A stretch of DNA of 32,000 bases from Candidatus Saccharimonadota bacterium (GCA_027925225.1 AP027131.1:120001-152000); one strand, 5' to 3'; positions 1-9,868 are shown, counted from the first letter of the stretch. Numbers and translations: made by a program. Notes: a model not told the origin generated them from the letters alone.

Positions 1-1
1 T

Positions 2-445
2 TTTGCTATATTTGATTTTGGAGCTATAAATTGAGTGGGTCTTATTGTTGGAACTTTTATTGGTAGCGCAGCAATGTTTTCTGTTGCTTTGCTTTTAATT
101 TCTGTTAGTCCTTCAACACAAATTTATCAAATATATTCATTTTTATATTTTTTTATTTTTGCAGCATTTGGCGGATTATTTACTCCAACAAATACACCTC
201 ACTGAATGGAAATTGTAGGATGATTTTCACCTATTACTTGAACATCTGAGTTTATTACTAATTCGGCTCTAGGCGCAGATGTATTCCATGTTGGTGGTTA
301 TGCAATAAGTCAAGTTGGGAATACTCCTATTGCTGATCCCATTACAGTTAATACAGCAAATGCGACATTAGATTTATTTATGCCGATAATTTATATTGTA
401 TTATTTTTAGGATTAACTACTAAAACATTTAAGTGAGATAGTTAG
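2..445 (+). CDS. ABC-2-type transporter permease, C-terminal part (5' end outside window)
   Basis: Frame 2 is open from the window edge to TAG 443-445 if five in-frame TGAs are Trp. The product is hydrophobic (..FIFAAFGGLFTPTNTPHWMEIVGWFSPITWTSEFITNSALGADVF..FMPIIYIVLFLGLTTKTFKWDS). Its tail resembles the tails of the permeases at 469, 12329 and 13735. Confidence 0.7.
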
Positions 446-468
446 AAAGGTAGAATGAGGTAAAAAAT

Positions 469-1260
469 ATGTGATCGTTTTTTAAATTACAAGCAAAAGT
501 TAGATTCAAATCACCTGAATTAATTTTTCCAATTATATTTCCTTTGGTTCTTACACTTCTTTTTGGTTCATATTTTGAATCTGATTCTGAAGTAACAAGA
601 GCATATGGAGCTTTAATTGCACTTTCGATAATGCAGGGCGGACTTTTTGGTATGGGATTTACTCTTATAGACACAAAAGAATCAGTTTTAATGAAAAGGG
701 TTGGTGCAACAAGTATTACTAAGAGAGGCATATTAATTGGACTTATGATGGTTACACTTATCGTCATGTTAATTACATTGCTTTGACAAACAATATTATT
801 TGCAATTTTTTCTGGCACAGGTATTTTTAATAATTATGATATGCAATGAGGGCAAATTGCATGAGGAGGATTTATTTTTGGAATAATAATTGGTGCAGCA
901 TTAAGTTTATCAATTGGTATGTTTTTTGCAGTTGTATCAAAAGATCAAAATACATTTTCAACATATGCATTCTTATATTTCTTCGGAGCTGCTTTCCTTG
1001 GAGGTATGATGGTTCCAAATTCAGGAATTCCATGAACTCGTTATGTTGGTTATGTTTTCCCAAGTTCATGAAATGCTAATTTAATTATGGGAGCATCTTT
1101 AGGTGGCGATGTTTTCAACTTTGCTAATGGTTATGGTTCTACTGTGATTGTTGGAGCAGATTCAGTTCAGGGTTGAGAAGCAGCATATAATTGCTTTATG
1201 CCTATATTATTTATTCCTTTTATGTTTTATATTGATAATAAATTATTTAAAATAGATTAA
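469..1260 (+). CDS. ABC-2-type transporter permease (263 aa)
   Basis: ATG 469 lies 23 nt after the preceding stop. Frame 1 is open to TAA 1258-1260 with TGA=Trp and absorbs track ORF 544..786. It is a multi-pass hydrophobic protein. The loop 'DTKESVLMKRVGATSITKRGILIG' recurs as 'EMRSTSFIKSISITKLSKSSIV' and 'EMRKTSLIKSLSLTNVSKINYF' in the permeases at 12329 and 13735. Confidence 0.75.
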
Positions 1261-1329
1261 TTAATTTAAATAATTTATATAAAATTACTTACCATTATTT
1301 ATAATAGTAATGCTGTAAGTAATTTTACT

Positions 1330-1415
1330 GGAGGGGTAGCGAAGTCTGGTTAAACGCGGATGACTGTAGATCATTTCCTTCGGGTTCGGGGGTTCGAATC
1401 CCTCTCCCTCCACCA
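1330..1415 (+). tRNA. tRNA-Tyr (anticodon GTA), type II with long variable arm, CCA encoded
   Basis: Acceptor GGAGGGG/TCCCTCC; anticodon stem GATGA/TCATT with loop CTGTAGA; long variable arm TTTCCTTCGGGT; T-loop GGTTCGAATCC; ends ACCA. Confidence 0.95.
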
Positions 1416-1419
1416 GTAT

Positions 1420-1494
1420 TGGCCCGTAGCCAAGAGGCAAGGCATCTGGTTTTGGTCCAGAAATTCGTAGGTTCGAGTCCTGCCGGGCCAGCCA
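1420..1494 (+). tRNA. tRNA-Gln (anticodon TTG), CCA encoded
   Basis: Acceptor TGGCCCG/CGGGCCA; anticodon stem TCTGG/CCAGA with loop TTTTGGT; T-loop GGTTCGAGTCC; ends GCCA. Confidence 0.95.
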
Positions 1495-1498
1495 ATAT

Positions 1499-1574
<76 letters not shown>

Positions 1575-1577
1575 TTA

Positions 1578-1663
1578 GCCCAGGTGGTGGAATGGTAGAC
1601 ACGAGGGACTTAAGCTCCCTTGGCAGTATTGCTGTGCGGGTTCAAGTCCCGCTCTGGGCACCA
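1578..1663 (+). tRNA. tRNA-Leu (anticodon TAA), type II, CCA encoded
   Basis: Acceptor GCCCAGG/CTGGGC; anticodon stem AGGGA/TCCCT with loop CTTAAGC; long variable arm; T-loop GGTTCAAGTCC; ends ACCA. Confidence 0.95.
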
Positions 1664-1725
1664 ATGATTAGTTTAATTTTGCTTTTTTGTAATTATTAAA
1701 CTAATTTTTTTTATATTTTTTTTAT

Positions 1726-1731
1726 TATAAT
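1726..1731 (+). promoter_or_regulatory. -10 box (TATAAT) 6 nt upstream of ATG 1738; candidate leaderless transcript
   Basis: TATAAT-TTACTT-ATG with no Shine-Dalgarno. It lies downstream of the tRNA cluster. Confidence 0.3.
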
Positions 1732-1737
1732 TTACTT

Positions 1738-2400
1738 ATGATACCTTTTTTAAATATGTCTGATCCAGATATGCAGAATCAAATTAGAAGAATGATGAAG
1801 ACATTTCGGACAAAGGCATCAATTAAATGAGCTTTAATTCTCATTCTTGGTGTGTTTCCAATGTTATTAGGATGAATTTTATTTGGCGGAGGAGATGGAA
1901 CAAATAAAATTTTTACAAGTGGAGATAATGGCAATCCTGTTATTGATATTGGTATGGGTTTCCAATGATTAGTTGCCTTATTAATAAGTGTTATGTCTTA
2001 TGTTTTTCTTTCTATCATTATTAAAAAAAATAAAGAAGTTAAGGGTGATGTTTATGGAAATACAATTGCTTTTGGCTGAATGATTATTAATTTTTGATTA
2101 TTTCCAATTGATGCATGAAGATGATTAACATTACCTTTTGTTTATATCTTTATTTACATTTGTACACAGATTTTTAGACTTTCTGTATTTTTATTTACTT
2201 TTAGAAAAAAAGCAATAAAAATGCAAGAACAAATAAGAAATGGAGAAAATCCGTTTAAAGATAGAATGACTGATGAACAATTTTTACAATTTAAAAAATT
2301 GTTTGATGAATGAGATCAAAAGATGAATAAAAATAATAATAGTAAAGATAATAAAAAAAATGATAAAAACGATGACAGTACAAACAATAATATTCAGTAA
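1738..2400 (+). CDS. Hypothetical integral membrane protein (220 aa, about 4 TM segments, Asn/Lys-rich tail)
   Basis: ATG 1738 to TAA 2398-2400 is open in frame 1 with TGA=Trp (9 in-frame TGAs). Hydrophobic stretches include WALILILGVFPMLLGWILF, WLVALLISVMSYVFLSIII, IAFGWMIINFWLFPI and LTLPFVYIFIYICTQIF. I recognised no family motif. Confidence 0.6.
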
Positions 2401-2418
2401 TTAATGAAAGTATAAAAG

Positions 2419-3438
2419 ATGGAAGACATCGATTATAAACAAGAAAATAAAATAAATTTAAATTGATTTAACAAATTAAGATGAATAATTTATCAAATTA
2501 TTAGTGCTGATAGACATCATTGATTTAGTTTTATTTATGATGTATTAATAGCAATAATAGCAGTTTTTTCTATCATACCTTTTGTTACAGATACAAATAC
2601 AAATTTTGTTAATGAATTAGATAATTTACATTGAGTTTTTATTGGTATTTTTATTTTTGATTATTTTTTGAGATGATCAATTGCAGATTATGAAATTAAA
2701 AAAGGTTCTAAATCATTTATTTTTTACCCTTTCACAATTTGAGCAATAATTGACTTTTTTGCAATTATTCCAAGTTTTTTTGGTGTTGAAGTATTACAAG
2801 CACTCCTTTCTTTAAGATTACTTAGATTAGTAAGGATTTCCTCTTTAATGGAAAATGGCTTTAAATTTGTTTTTAAATCAATTTTTACTTATTGAAGAGT
2901 GCTATTGTTGGTATTTTTATCTTTTATAGTTATCATTTTCATTGGTGGTTGTTTCATTTATATTTCAGAGTATGGTGAAAATCCAAGTATTAATAATTAT
3001 TGAGATGCAATATGATATGTATTTGTAATGATTACAACAATTGGATTTGGTGATGTTATTGTAGTAACTTCTTTAGGTAGGATATTTTCAGTAATATTTT
3101 ATTTAGTAGGATTATGTTATCTTGCACTTGTTATTGCAACTGTTGTTGCGGGTTTTCAAAGACAAATTGAAAACTTAAGAAACTCAATTGCAACAGGGGA
3201 ACTTAAAAGAAAAAGAAAATTTCATTTAAAAATTTTAGAAGATGGTGGATATTTTGATAAAAATAAAAATTCATTATCAAAAAAAGAACATTATTATCAT
3301 TTAAAAGAAGAATTTGAAATTTCACATGATTATATTTTGTTATATAAATCAGAAGAAAGAAAAAGAAATTTTAAAAAAAAATATTCAAATAAAAAGGATT
3401 TAAAAAAAACAAAAAATGACAGCAATAGTAAAAATTAA
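2419..3438 (+). CDS. Voltage-gated-type (6TM) potassium channel (339 aa)
   Basis: K+ selectivity filter 'TTIGFGD'. S4-like helix 'LLSLRLLRLVRIS' has Arg every third residue. Frame 1 is open 2419-3438 with TGA=Trp and absorbs track ORF 3028..3438. The cytoplasmic tail is Lys-rich. Confidence 0.85.
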
Positions 3439-4687
3439 TGCAAGACAAATATTAAATTCACAAGGTCGTCCTACAATAGAAGTAGAAGTTTGAACAAAAA
3501 GAAAAAATGTAGGAATTGCTAGTGTTCCCTCAGGTTTTTCTGTTATTAAAAAAGAAGCTCTTGAATTAGTGGATCATGAAAAAAATTCTTGAATGGGACA
3601 AAGTGTAGAAAGAGCAGTAAATAATATAAATAAAATAATAGCACCAAAATTAATTGGAATGAATGTTACTTCTCAAAAATCAATAGATAAATTAATGAAT
3701 AAAATAGATGGAACAAAAAATAAAATACATATGGGAGCAAATGCAACTTTAGCTGTTTCTATGGCTGTATCAAAAGCTGCTGCAAGAGATTTAAAAATGT
3801 ATCTTCATGAATACATTGCTAAATTAAATAAAACAAAAAATATTTGGTTGCCAATTCCGCAATTTAACATTTTAAACGGAGGACCAAAAAATAAAAATAA
3901 ATTTGATTTTAAGGAAATTTTAATTGCTCCCATTTCAGCAAAAAATTATTATCAAGCACTTGAATATCATCATAATGTACATAAAAATTTAGAAAAAATT
4001 CTGAGAGAAAAAAAATACATAAATGATAGATCTGGAGAAGGTGCTTTTACACCTGATTTAACAAGCAACGAAGAAGGACTAGAACTTGTAACTAAAGCAA
4101 TAAATGATTCAAATTATAAATTAGGAACAGATATAATGCTTGCAATAAATGTTGGTGGAAGAAATTTTTATAATAAAAGAAAGAAAATTTATAAATTTAT
4201 TTCTGATGGAAAGGAATTTAGTCCTTCGCAATTAATAGATTATTATATTGATTTAGTAAATAAATATTCAATTATTTCTATTCAAGATCCTTTATATGAA
4301 GATGATGTAAAGAATCTTCAAGTTTTTTATAAAAAACTTGGTAAAAAAATTCAAATAGCTTATGATGATTTATTTGTCACAAATAAATCATTAATCAAAA
4401 AGTATGCTCCCAAAAAAATAGCAAACGCTTTAATAATAAAACCAAATCAAATCGGAACAATAACAGAAACATTAGAAGCAATAAAAATTGCAAGACATTT
4501 TCATTATAAATGCATTGTTTCACATAGATCTGCAGAAACTGGAGATACTTTTATTTCTGATTTTGCAGTAGGAATAAATTCTGGACAAATAAAAATTGGT
4601 ACTATTTGAGGAACTGAAAGAATTGCAAAATATAATAGATTTATAAGAATAAGTGAGGAAGTCTCTGAAATTTTAAGTTCAAAATAA
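3416..4687 (+). CDS. eno: Enolase homolog (423 aa), divergent at catalytic-metal positions
   Basis: N-terminus MTAIVKINARQILNSQGRPTIEVEV matches the enolase start (I.AR.ILDSRGNPT.E.EV). Motifs YDDLFVTN, IIKPNQIGTITET, SHRSAETGD and GQIKIG..ERIAKYN are present. ATG 3416 lies 23 nt inside the channel gene. Frame 2 is open to TAA 4685-4687 and absorbs track ORF 3593..4609. Confidence 0.9.
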
Positions 4688-4784
4688 TTTATAAAAATTA
4701 ATTTTAATTTTTTTAAGAAATTATTTTTTTAAAAATATTTTTTGTGTTAAAATTATTTTGTATTTTTTTGTACATAAAATTGAT

Positions 4785-5135
4785 ATGAAATTATTTATTA
4801 ATAAAAATAAATTTTTAAACACACTAAAAAAAGAATTGCCTACATATTTTGAAAATAAAGAAATTAATAAAATATCCCTTTTAACTTCAAAGTCACTTTA
4901 CGTTGAGGGAAACGATAAAGAAAATTATCATTTATTTAAAGAAATATTTAAAATAAAAGGGGATAAAGAAATTGCATATAATGCTACGTCTGATAAAAAA
5001 TTATTTAAACATTTAAACAGGAGATTATCTAAACATTTTTCTTATTTAGGAAGAAGAAATTATAATTTTAAATTAAATCAAATTTATAATAGGAAAAATA
5101 GTTTGATTTTAGAATTTCTTTTTTCTCGTAAATAA
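4785..5135 (+). CDS. Hypothetical small basic protein (116 aa)
   Basis: Track ORF 4758..5135. I prefer the in-frame ATG at 4785 over TTG 4758. The basic C-terminus is ..KHLNRRLSKHFSYLGRRNYNFKLNQIYNRK.. The stop is 5 nt before the next gene's ATG, so the two look like an operon. No family recognised. Confidence 0.5.
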   Translation: MKLFINKNKFLNTLKKELPTYFENKEINKISLLTSKSLYVEGNDKENYHLFKEIFKIKGDKEIAYNATSDKKLFKHLNRRLSKHFSYLGRRNYNFKLNQIYNRKNSLILEFLFSRK

Positions 5136-5140
5136 TTCTA

Positions 5141-6376
5141 ATGAAAAAGTATGCATTTCCAATAATAATTTTCTCTGTAATAATCAGCTTTATTTTATTT
5201 TTTATAATTTGGTTTTTTGCAATTCCAAATTTCAATAAACAAGTAAGTAAATTAAAAAGTAATTTATATTTTGTTCCTTTAAATCCTGAAAAAGCGACAA
5301 ATGAAGATTGGATTTTTTTAAATGAAAAATCTTGAATATACATTTCTTCTATTGATGTAAGTAATTTTTCATTTGTTTATTGAAATTTTCTTGTAAATGA
5401 TGATGATCCAAATAATTTATATTTTTATTTAAACAAAAATACATCAGAAATTCAATCAGAGTATTCTGATCAATTAAAAGACTCAATTTTACAATTAGCA
5501 GTATATTTTACCTCTCTTAAATACCTTACATATACAGAAGAGTTTGCAGATATTATAATAAAAGAAAATGAAAAAAAAGTTTTAGGATCATCAGGAACTC
5601 ATTATTATTTTTCTCCTTATATGATTTATTCGCAAGATAATGTCCAAAAAACAACAGCCTCAAATACAAAACAAGCTAAAGTAAATCCTTTAGAATTTTT
5701 AATTGAATATAGAAATATAAATTATGATTTGCACATTGGATATAAATTACCAGAATGAATTTATCAAGATTATCACAAAAAAGGTTCTGCAAATTATACA
5801 AAAGAAGAATTTAGCTCTTTTTCAAAAAATAATTTTAAAAATTACAATAAGCAATATGAGGATGTACTTGGAATTGGTAGTTCTCCAAGCGAAAGTCCAA
5901 TGATTACAGTAAAATGAGATGAACAAACTTTTAATAATCCTGATTTATTAGTAAATGATGCTATTTATGACGGATATGTTATGCAGAGAAGTAATTTATT
6001 TGGTGATTCAAATTTTTTAAATAATGATGATGTTCCGGTTAATAATGGAGTCAAATTTACTCCAAAATATTTAAAAAGCGCAGAAACAATGATGCATGAA
6101 GTGGGTCATAATTTGGGATATGAGCATACAAATAGTGTTGAATATTACGATGCAGTTTATTGAGCTGGAGAGGCATATCAATATGTTTATAATTTAACTT
6201 TTAGAAGTGAAAAATATAATAAAAATATGACAGTATCTGATTGATTTATGAATGAAATAAATATGAATGGCTCATATGAATGAGAACATTATAATTTATA
6301 TGATTATTTATGAGATTTTGAAAATAACAGTTTAGGAGATATTCTTCTTACAAATAATTATTATAATCCATCTTAA
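5141..6376 (+). CDS. Membrane-anchored zinc metalloprotease, metzincin/reprolysin-like (411 aa)
   Basis: N-terminal TM anchor YAFPIIIFSVIISFILFFIIWFFAI. The extended zinc motif 'AETMMHEVGHNLGYEHT' fits HExxHxxGxxH. Frame 2 is open 5141-6376 with TGA=Trp, joining track ORFs 5141..5335 and 5981..6163. Confidence 0.7.
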
Positions 6377-6477
6377 TTTTTAATATTTTAAAAACAATAG
6401 TTATAAATAATAATTAAATTAGAGAATTACTTATTTTATAATACTATTATTAATAAAGTGTTAGTAGTAAATGAGAT

Positions 6478-7677
6478 ATGGAAAAAAATAAAGATCATAG
6501 ACAATTGGGGATAGAGATGGATTTATTTTTTATTGATCCATTTGTAGGAAAAGGTTTTCCTATTTGATTACCTAATGGATTAATATTAAAAAATAAAATA
6601 AGAGATTTTATCATAGAACAAGAAAAAAAATATAATTTTGAATTAGTTGAAACACCAGTTATTGGGAGTGTTGAACTTTATAAAAAATCAGGTCATTATG
6701 ATCATTATAAAGAAAACATTTTTCCTATAATGAAATTAGATGAAGGGGAAGAATTTGTTTTAAGACCAATGGCTTGTCCTCATCATATTATGATTTATAA
6801 ACATAAGTTAAGATCATATAAAAATTTGCCGATAAGACTTGCAGAACAAGTTTATCAATTTAGATATGAATCATCTGGTGGGCTTTTGGGGCTTGAAAGA
6901 GTAAGAGCAATGAATCTTACTGATTCTCATATTTTTTTAAGAGATGATCAAATTGAGCAAGAAATTGAAAATGCTTTTAATATTGTTAAATCAACTTTAG
7001 AAAAATTTAATATTAATATTGATTATATTGAACTTGCACTTCATGATCCAAAAGATAAAGAAAAATATCATCAAGATGATGAAAAATGAAGATTAGCAGA
7101 ACAAAGTTTAAAAAATTTTTTAGAAAATAAGAATATAAAATATATTTCAAAAATTGGTGAAGCAGCATTTTATGGACCAAAAATAGATATTCAAATTAAA
7201 ACAAAATTAAATCATATAATTACACTTTCAACTATTCAACTTGATTTTGTACTTCCGGAAAAATTTGATATTTTTTATGTTGATAAAAATTTAAATAAAA
7301 AAAGACCAATAATGATTCATAGAGGACTCATTGGTACTTATGAAAGATTTATTTCTGTTCTTTTAGAACAAACTCAAGGAGATTTTCCTCTTTGACTTGC
7401 TCCGATTCAAGTTGCTGTTGTTCCTGTTTCAAAATATCAATCAAATTATGCAAATGAAATTTATAATTCTTTAATAGATAATAATATTAGAGCAATTTTA
7501 GATGATACAGAAGAGAGATTATCAAATAAAATTAGAATTTTAAATGAAAGAAAAGTAAAAATTCAGTTAATTGTTGGCGAAAATGAAGAAAGAGATGGAA
7601 AAGTTTCTTGTAGATTATTAGGAAAAAAAGCAAATAAAATAGTAGTTTTAAAAGATATATTGAATTTATTTAAATAA
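6478..7677 (+). CDS. thrS: Threonyl-tRNA synthetase, catalytic core plus anticodon-binding domain only (399 aa; N1/TGS and N2 editing domains absent)
   Basis: Starts MEKNKDHRQLGIEMDLFF, the segment that opens the ThrRS class-II core. Contains MACPHH, motif 2 FRYESSGGLLGLERVRAMNLTDSHIF, MIHRGLIGTYERF and the anticodon-domain LAPIQVAVVPV. Frame 1 is closed upstream by TAA 6454-6456. Absorbs track ORF 6730..7089. Confidence 0.9.
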
Positions 7678-7678
7678 G

Positions 7679-8593
7679 ATGAATGTAAATTTTAATAATT
7701 TTAAAAATATAAAAAACTATTCTTTTTTTCAAATAAAAATTTTATTAAAGAAAAAGAGTTTTTATTTATTAATATTTGTTCCTCTTTTATTTATGTTTAC
7801 AACAATGACTATAGGAACACTTGAACTTTTTTATGTTGGTGTTTTTTCTGGTACATTTTTAATTTCTACTCTTTTTATTTTTATGTTTTTTGAAAGAGAT
7901 AAAGAAATATATAAAAAAATTAATATTTCAAGATTTGAAAAAAACATTTCCTCCCTTCTTATTACTTTATTTTTAAATTGTATTTTGATGATTTTTATAG
8001 TTTTTTATTTTATAGTTTTTTCTGTATTTTTTAATATTTTAAATGTAGATGGAGAAGGTGCATTTTCATTAATTAAAAATTGAAATTATAGTTTTAGTGC
8101 TTTGACGGCTGCTTGAGGAATTGTGTTTTACTATATTATTTTATTTACATTAATGGCTTATTCATTTTATTTTTTATTAATTTCTATTTTTAAAAATGAA
8201 AAAACATTTTTTTTATTTTCAACTTCTTATATTATTTTTACAATACTTTTCGGTGGAGTAATTGGAAGTTATTTTGATTACAATATTAATTTATCAGAAA
8301 GCAATATACTTTTGGGCCAAATTTATTTAATGCCCACACTTCAAAGTAATTTAAATTTTGTGTTTTATGTTTCAAATTTATTTTCCTTTTTCTTTTTAAA
8401 TCAATTTGTTTATATGATGTTTTTAAATGTAAATTATGTGCTCGCTAATAATTTGGGAATTTCAGCATTTTTTAATTTTTTTCAATTTTATAGTATTTAT
8501 TGATTATTTTTAATTTTACTTCCATATTTATGAATAATGTTTTATTTTATTGTGGCTCATTGATTTAATAAAAAGAAATTAAGTAAGATATAA
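7679..8593 (+). CDS. ABC-2-like multi-pass membrane protein (304 aa)
   Basis: ATG 7679 is 1 nt after the thrS stop. Frame 2 joins track ORFs 7679..8083 and 8123..8503 across TGA, ending at TAA 8591-8593. Very hydrophobic, with the loop FFERDKEIYKKINISRFEKNISSLLIT in the position of the ABC-2 permease loop. Confidence 0.65.
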
Positions 8594-8604
8594 TTATCTT
8601 GTTT

Positions 8605-9771
8605 ATGAAAAAGGACATTAAGCAAAAAACAGATTTAATAAAAAATGTTGATAATAATTCAAAATATGAAGTATTAGAAAATAATCTTAAATTTAAAAAT
8701 ATAAAATCATGTTATGAGCTTATTCGCTTTTTTTTCAAAAGATATATACTTTCAATTTCGGTAATTTATATATATATATTTCCTATTTCATTTATTTTCT
8801 TATTATCATTTATGCCCTTATTTTTTTCGGGAACAATTCTTTATTCTACATCGTTATATTTTTCTGTTTTTGTAACATATGGGATTACATTTTATATTAT
8901 AAGAGAATCAACTCTTTATAAAAATATGGCTCAACTTGGCATAAAAAAAGAAACTATTTATTTTTCCATGTATATTTTAATTTTTATTACATCGTTTCTT
9001 GTTGTATTTTTTATTACTTTTTTAATTTGATTTCTTAGTGTTATTGGTTTTGTTACAGATTATTTTTATCCTCCCGTTCCACCTTCATCAAGATATTTTG
9101 GTCAAGCAAATATTCTAGATACAGCAAGTTCTCTTAGAGATGTGCATTGAAATATTTTTGCTTATTATTTTATTTTAATTGTTACAACAACTTTTATAAT
9201 TGCTTTTCTTTTTCAAGTTATTTCAAAAACATTAAAAAGTTATATTCTCTTGAGTATTGGTTATGTAATTTTTTGTGTTTTTTTATGTAATGAAATTTTT
9301 ATAACATATGCTCCAATACTTGAAGGATCCTATACACCTTATGATACCGGAGATGCAGGAGGCGTTTTTGAAGTAGCAAGCGATTCGGTTTATAGTTTTG
9401 ATGCTGCTAATAATACAATATCTATTTATCCTGAAAGATTATCTCAATTTAATGAATCATATAATTATGAATACATAAAAGCACCATCGGGACTTTTTGG
9501 AACAGATTTTTCATTTTTTTGATGAGTTGCATTATTATTCCCTTCAAATTATATAAATATGCTAGGTTATTCAATGTTTACATCAAATACAATAAAAGTT
9601 TTAGGAGATACAACGGTCACGGTCATGTACCAAGGAATTCCAATAAATGGATTTTCAATAAATTTTATGTTTTTCCGTGTTAATAATCCAGAGTGATTAT
9701 TAGTAATAGTTTGACCATATGTTATTTCAGCTTTTTATTTAGCCATTGGTTCTTATTTTTCATATAGATAA
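8605..9771 (+). CDS. ABC-2-like multi-pass membrane protein (388 aa) with an acidic extracytoplasmic loop
   Basis: ATG 8605 (track gives TTG 8599). Frame 1 joins track ORFs 8599..9030 and 9250..9522 across TGAs, ending at TAA 9769-9771. Several TM helices, with the loop ..EGSYTPYDTGDAGGVFEVASDSVYSFDAANNTISIYPERL.. Confidence 0.65.
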
Positions 9772-9802
9772 TAAATAATTAAAAAATCTATTATGTTTGC
9801 AA

Positions 9803-9837
9803 TTTTATAATGTAAAATGTATTTGTACATTATAAAA
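9803..9837. repeat. 12-bp perfect inverted repeat with 11-nt spacer in the permease/ATPase intergenic region
   Basis: TTTTATAATGTA (9803-9814), spacer AAATGTATTTG, then TACATTATAAAA (9826-9837). Each arm contains TATAAT on one strand. It is centred in the 97-nt gap between TAA 9769-9771 and ATG 9869 and is followed by a T-rich tract. Confidence 0.6.
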
Positions 9838-9868
9838 AATATTTCTTTTTTGTTTTTTGTGTTTTAAT

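Noticed and set aside
429-818. Minus-strand track ORF (129 aa), together with similar antisense ORFs at 872..1069, 5068..5343, 11313..11510, 11377..11565, 16172..16393, 16706..16939 and 28610..28834.
   Set aside because: All lie antisense to well-supported + strand genes (permeases, ABC ATPase, yloV, leuS). Their products are low-complexity Phe/Ile/Leu/Lys strings with no motifs. In AT-rich DNA, long shadow ORFs opposite real genes are expected.
846-1079. + strand track ORF (77 aa) in frame 3.
   Set aside because: It is out of frame with, and entirely inside, the frame-1 permease gene 469..1260. That gene reads through with TGA=Trp and has a sensible membrane-protein sequence.
6377-6477. T-box riboswitch leaders upstream of thrS (also upstream of leuS, 28404..28495).
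   Set aside because: The leaders are only about 100 and 90 nt long and almost pure A/T. They have no T-box consensus (AGGGTGGNACCGCG-like) and no specifier or terminator helices.
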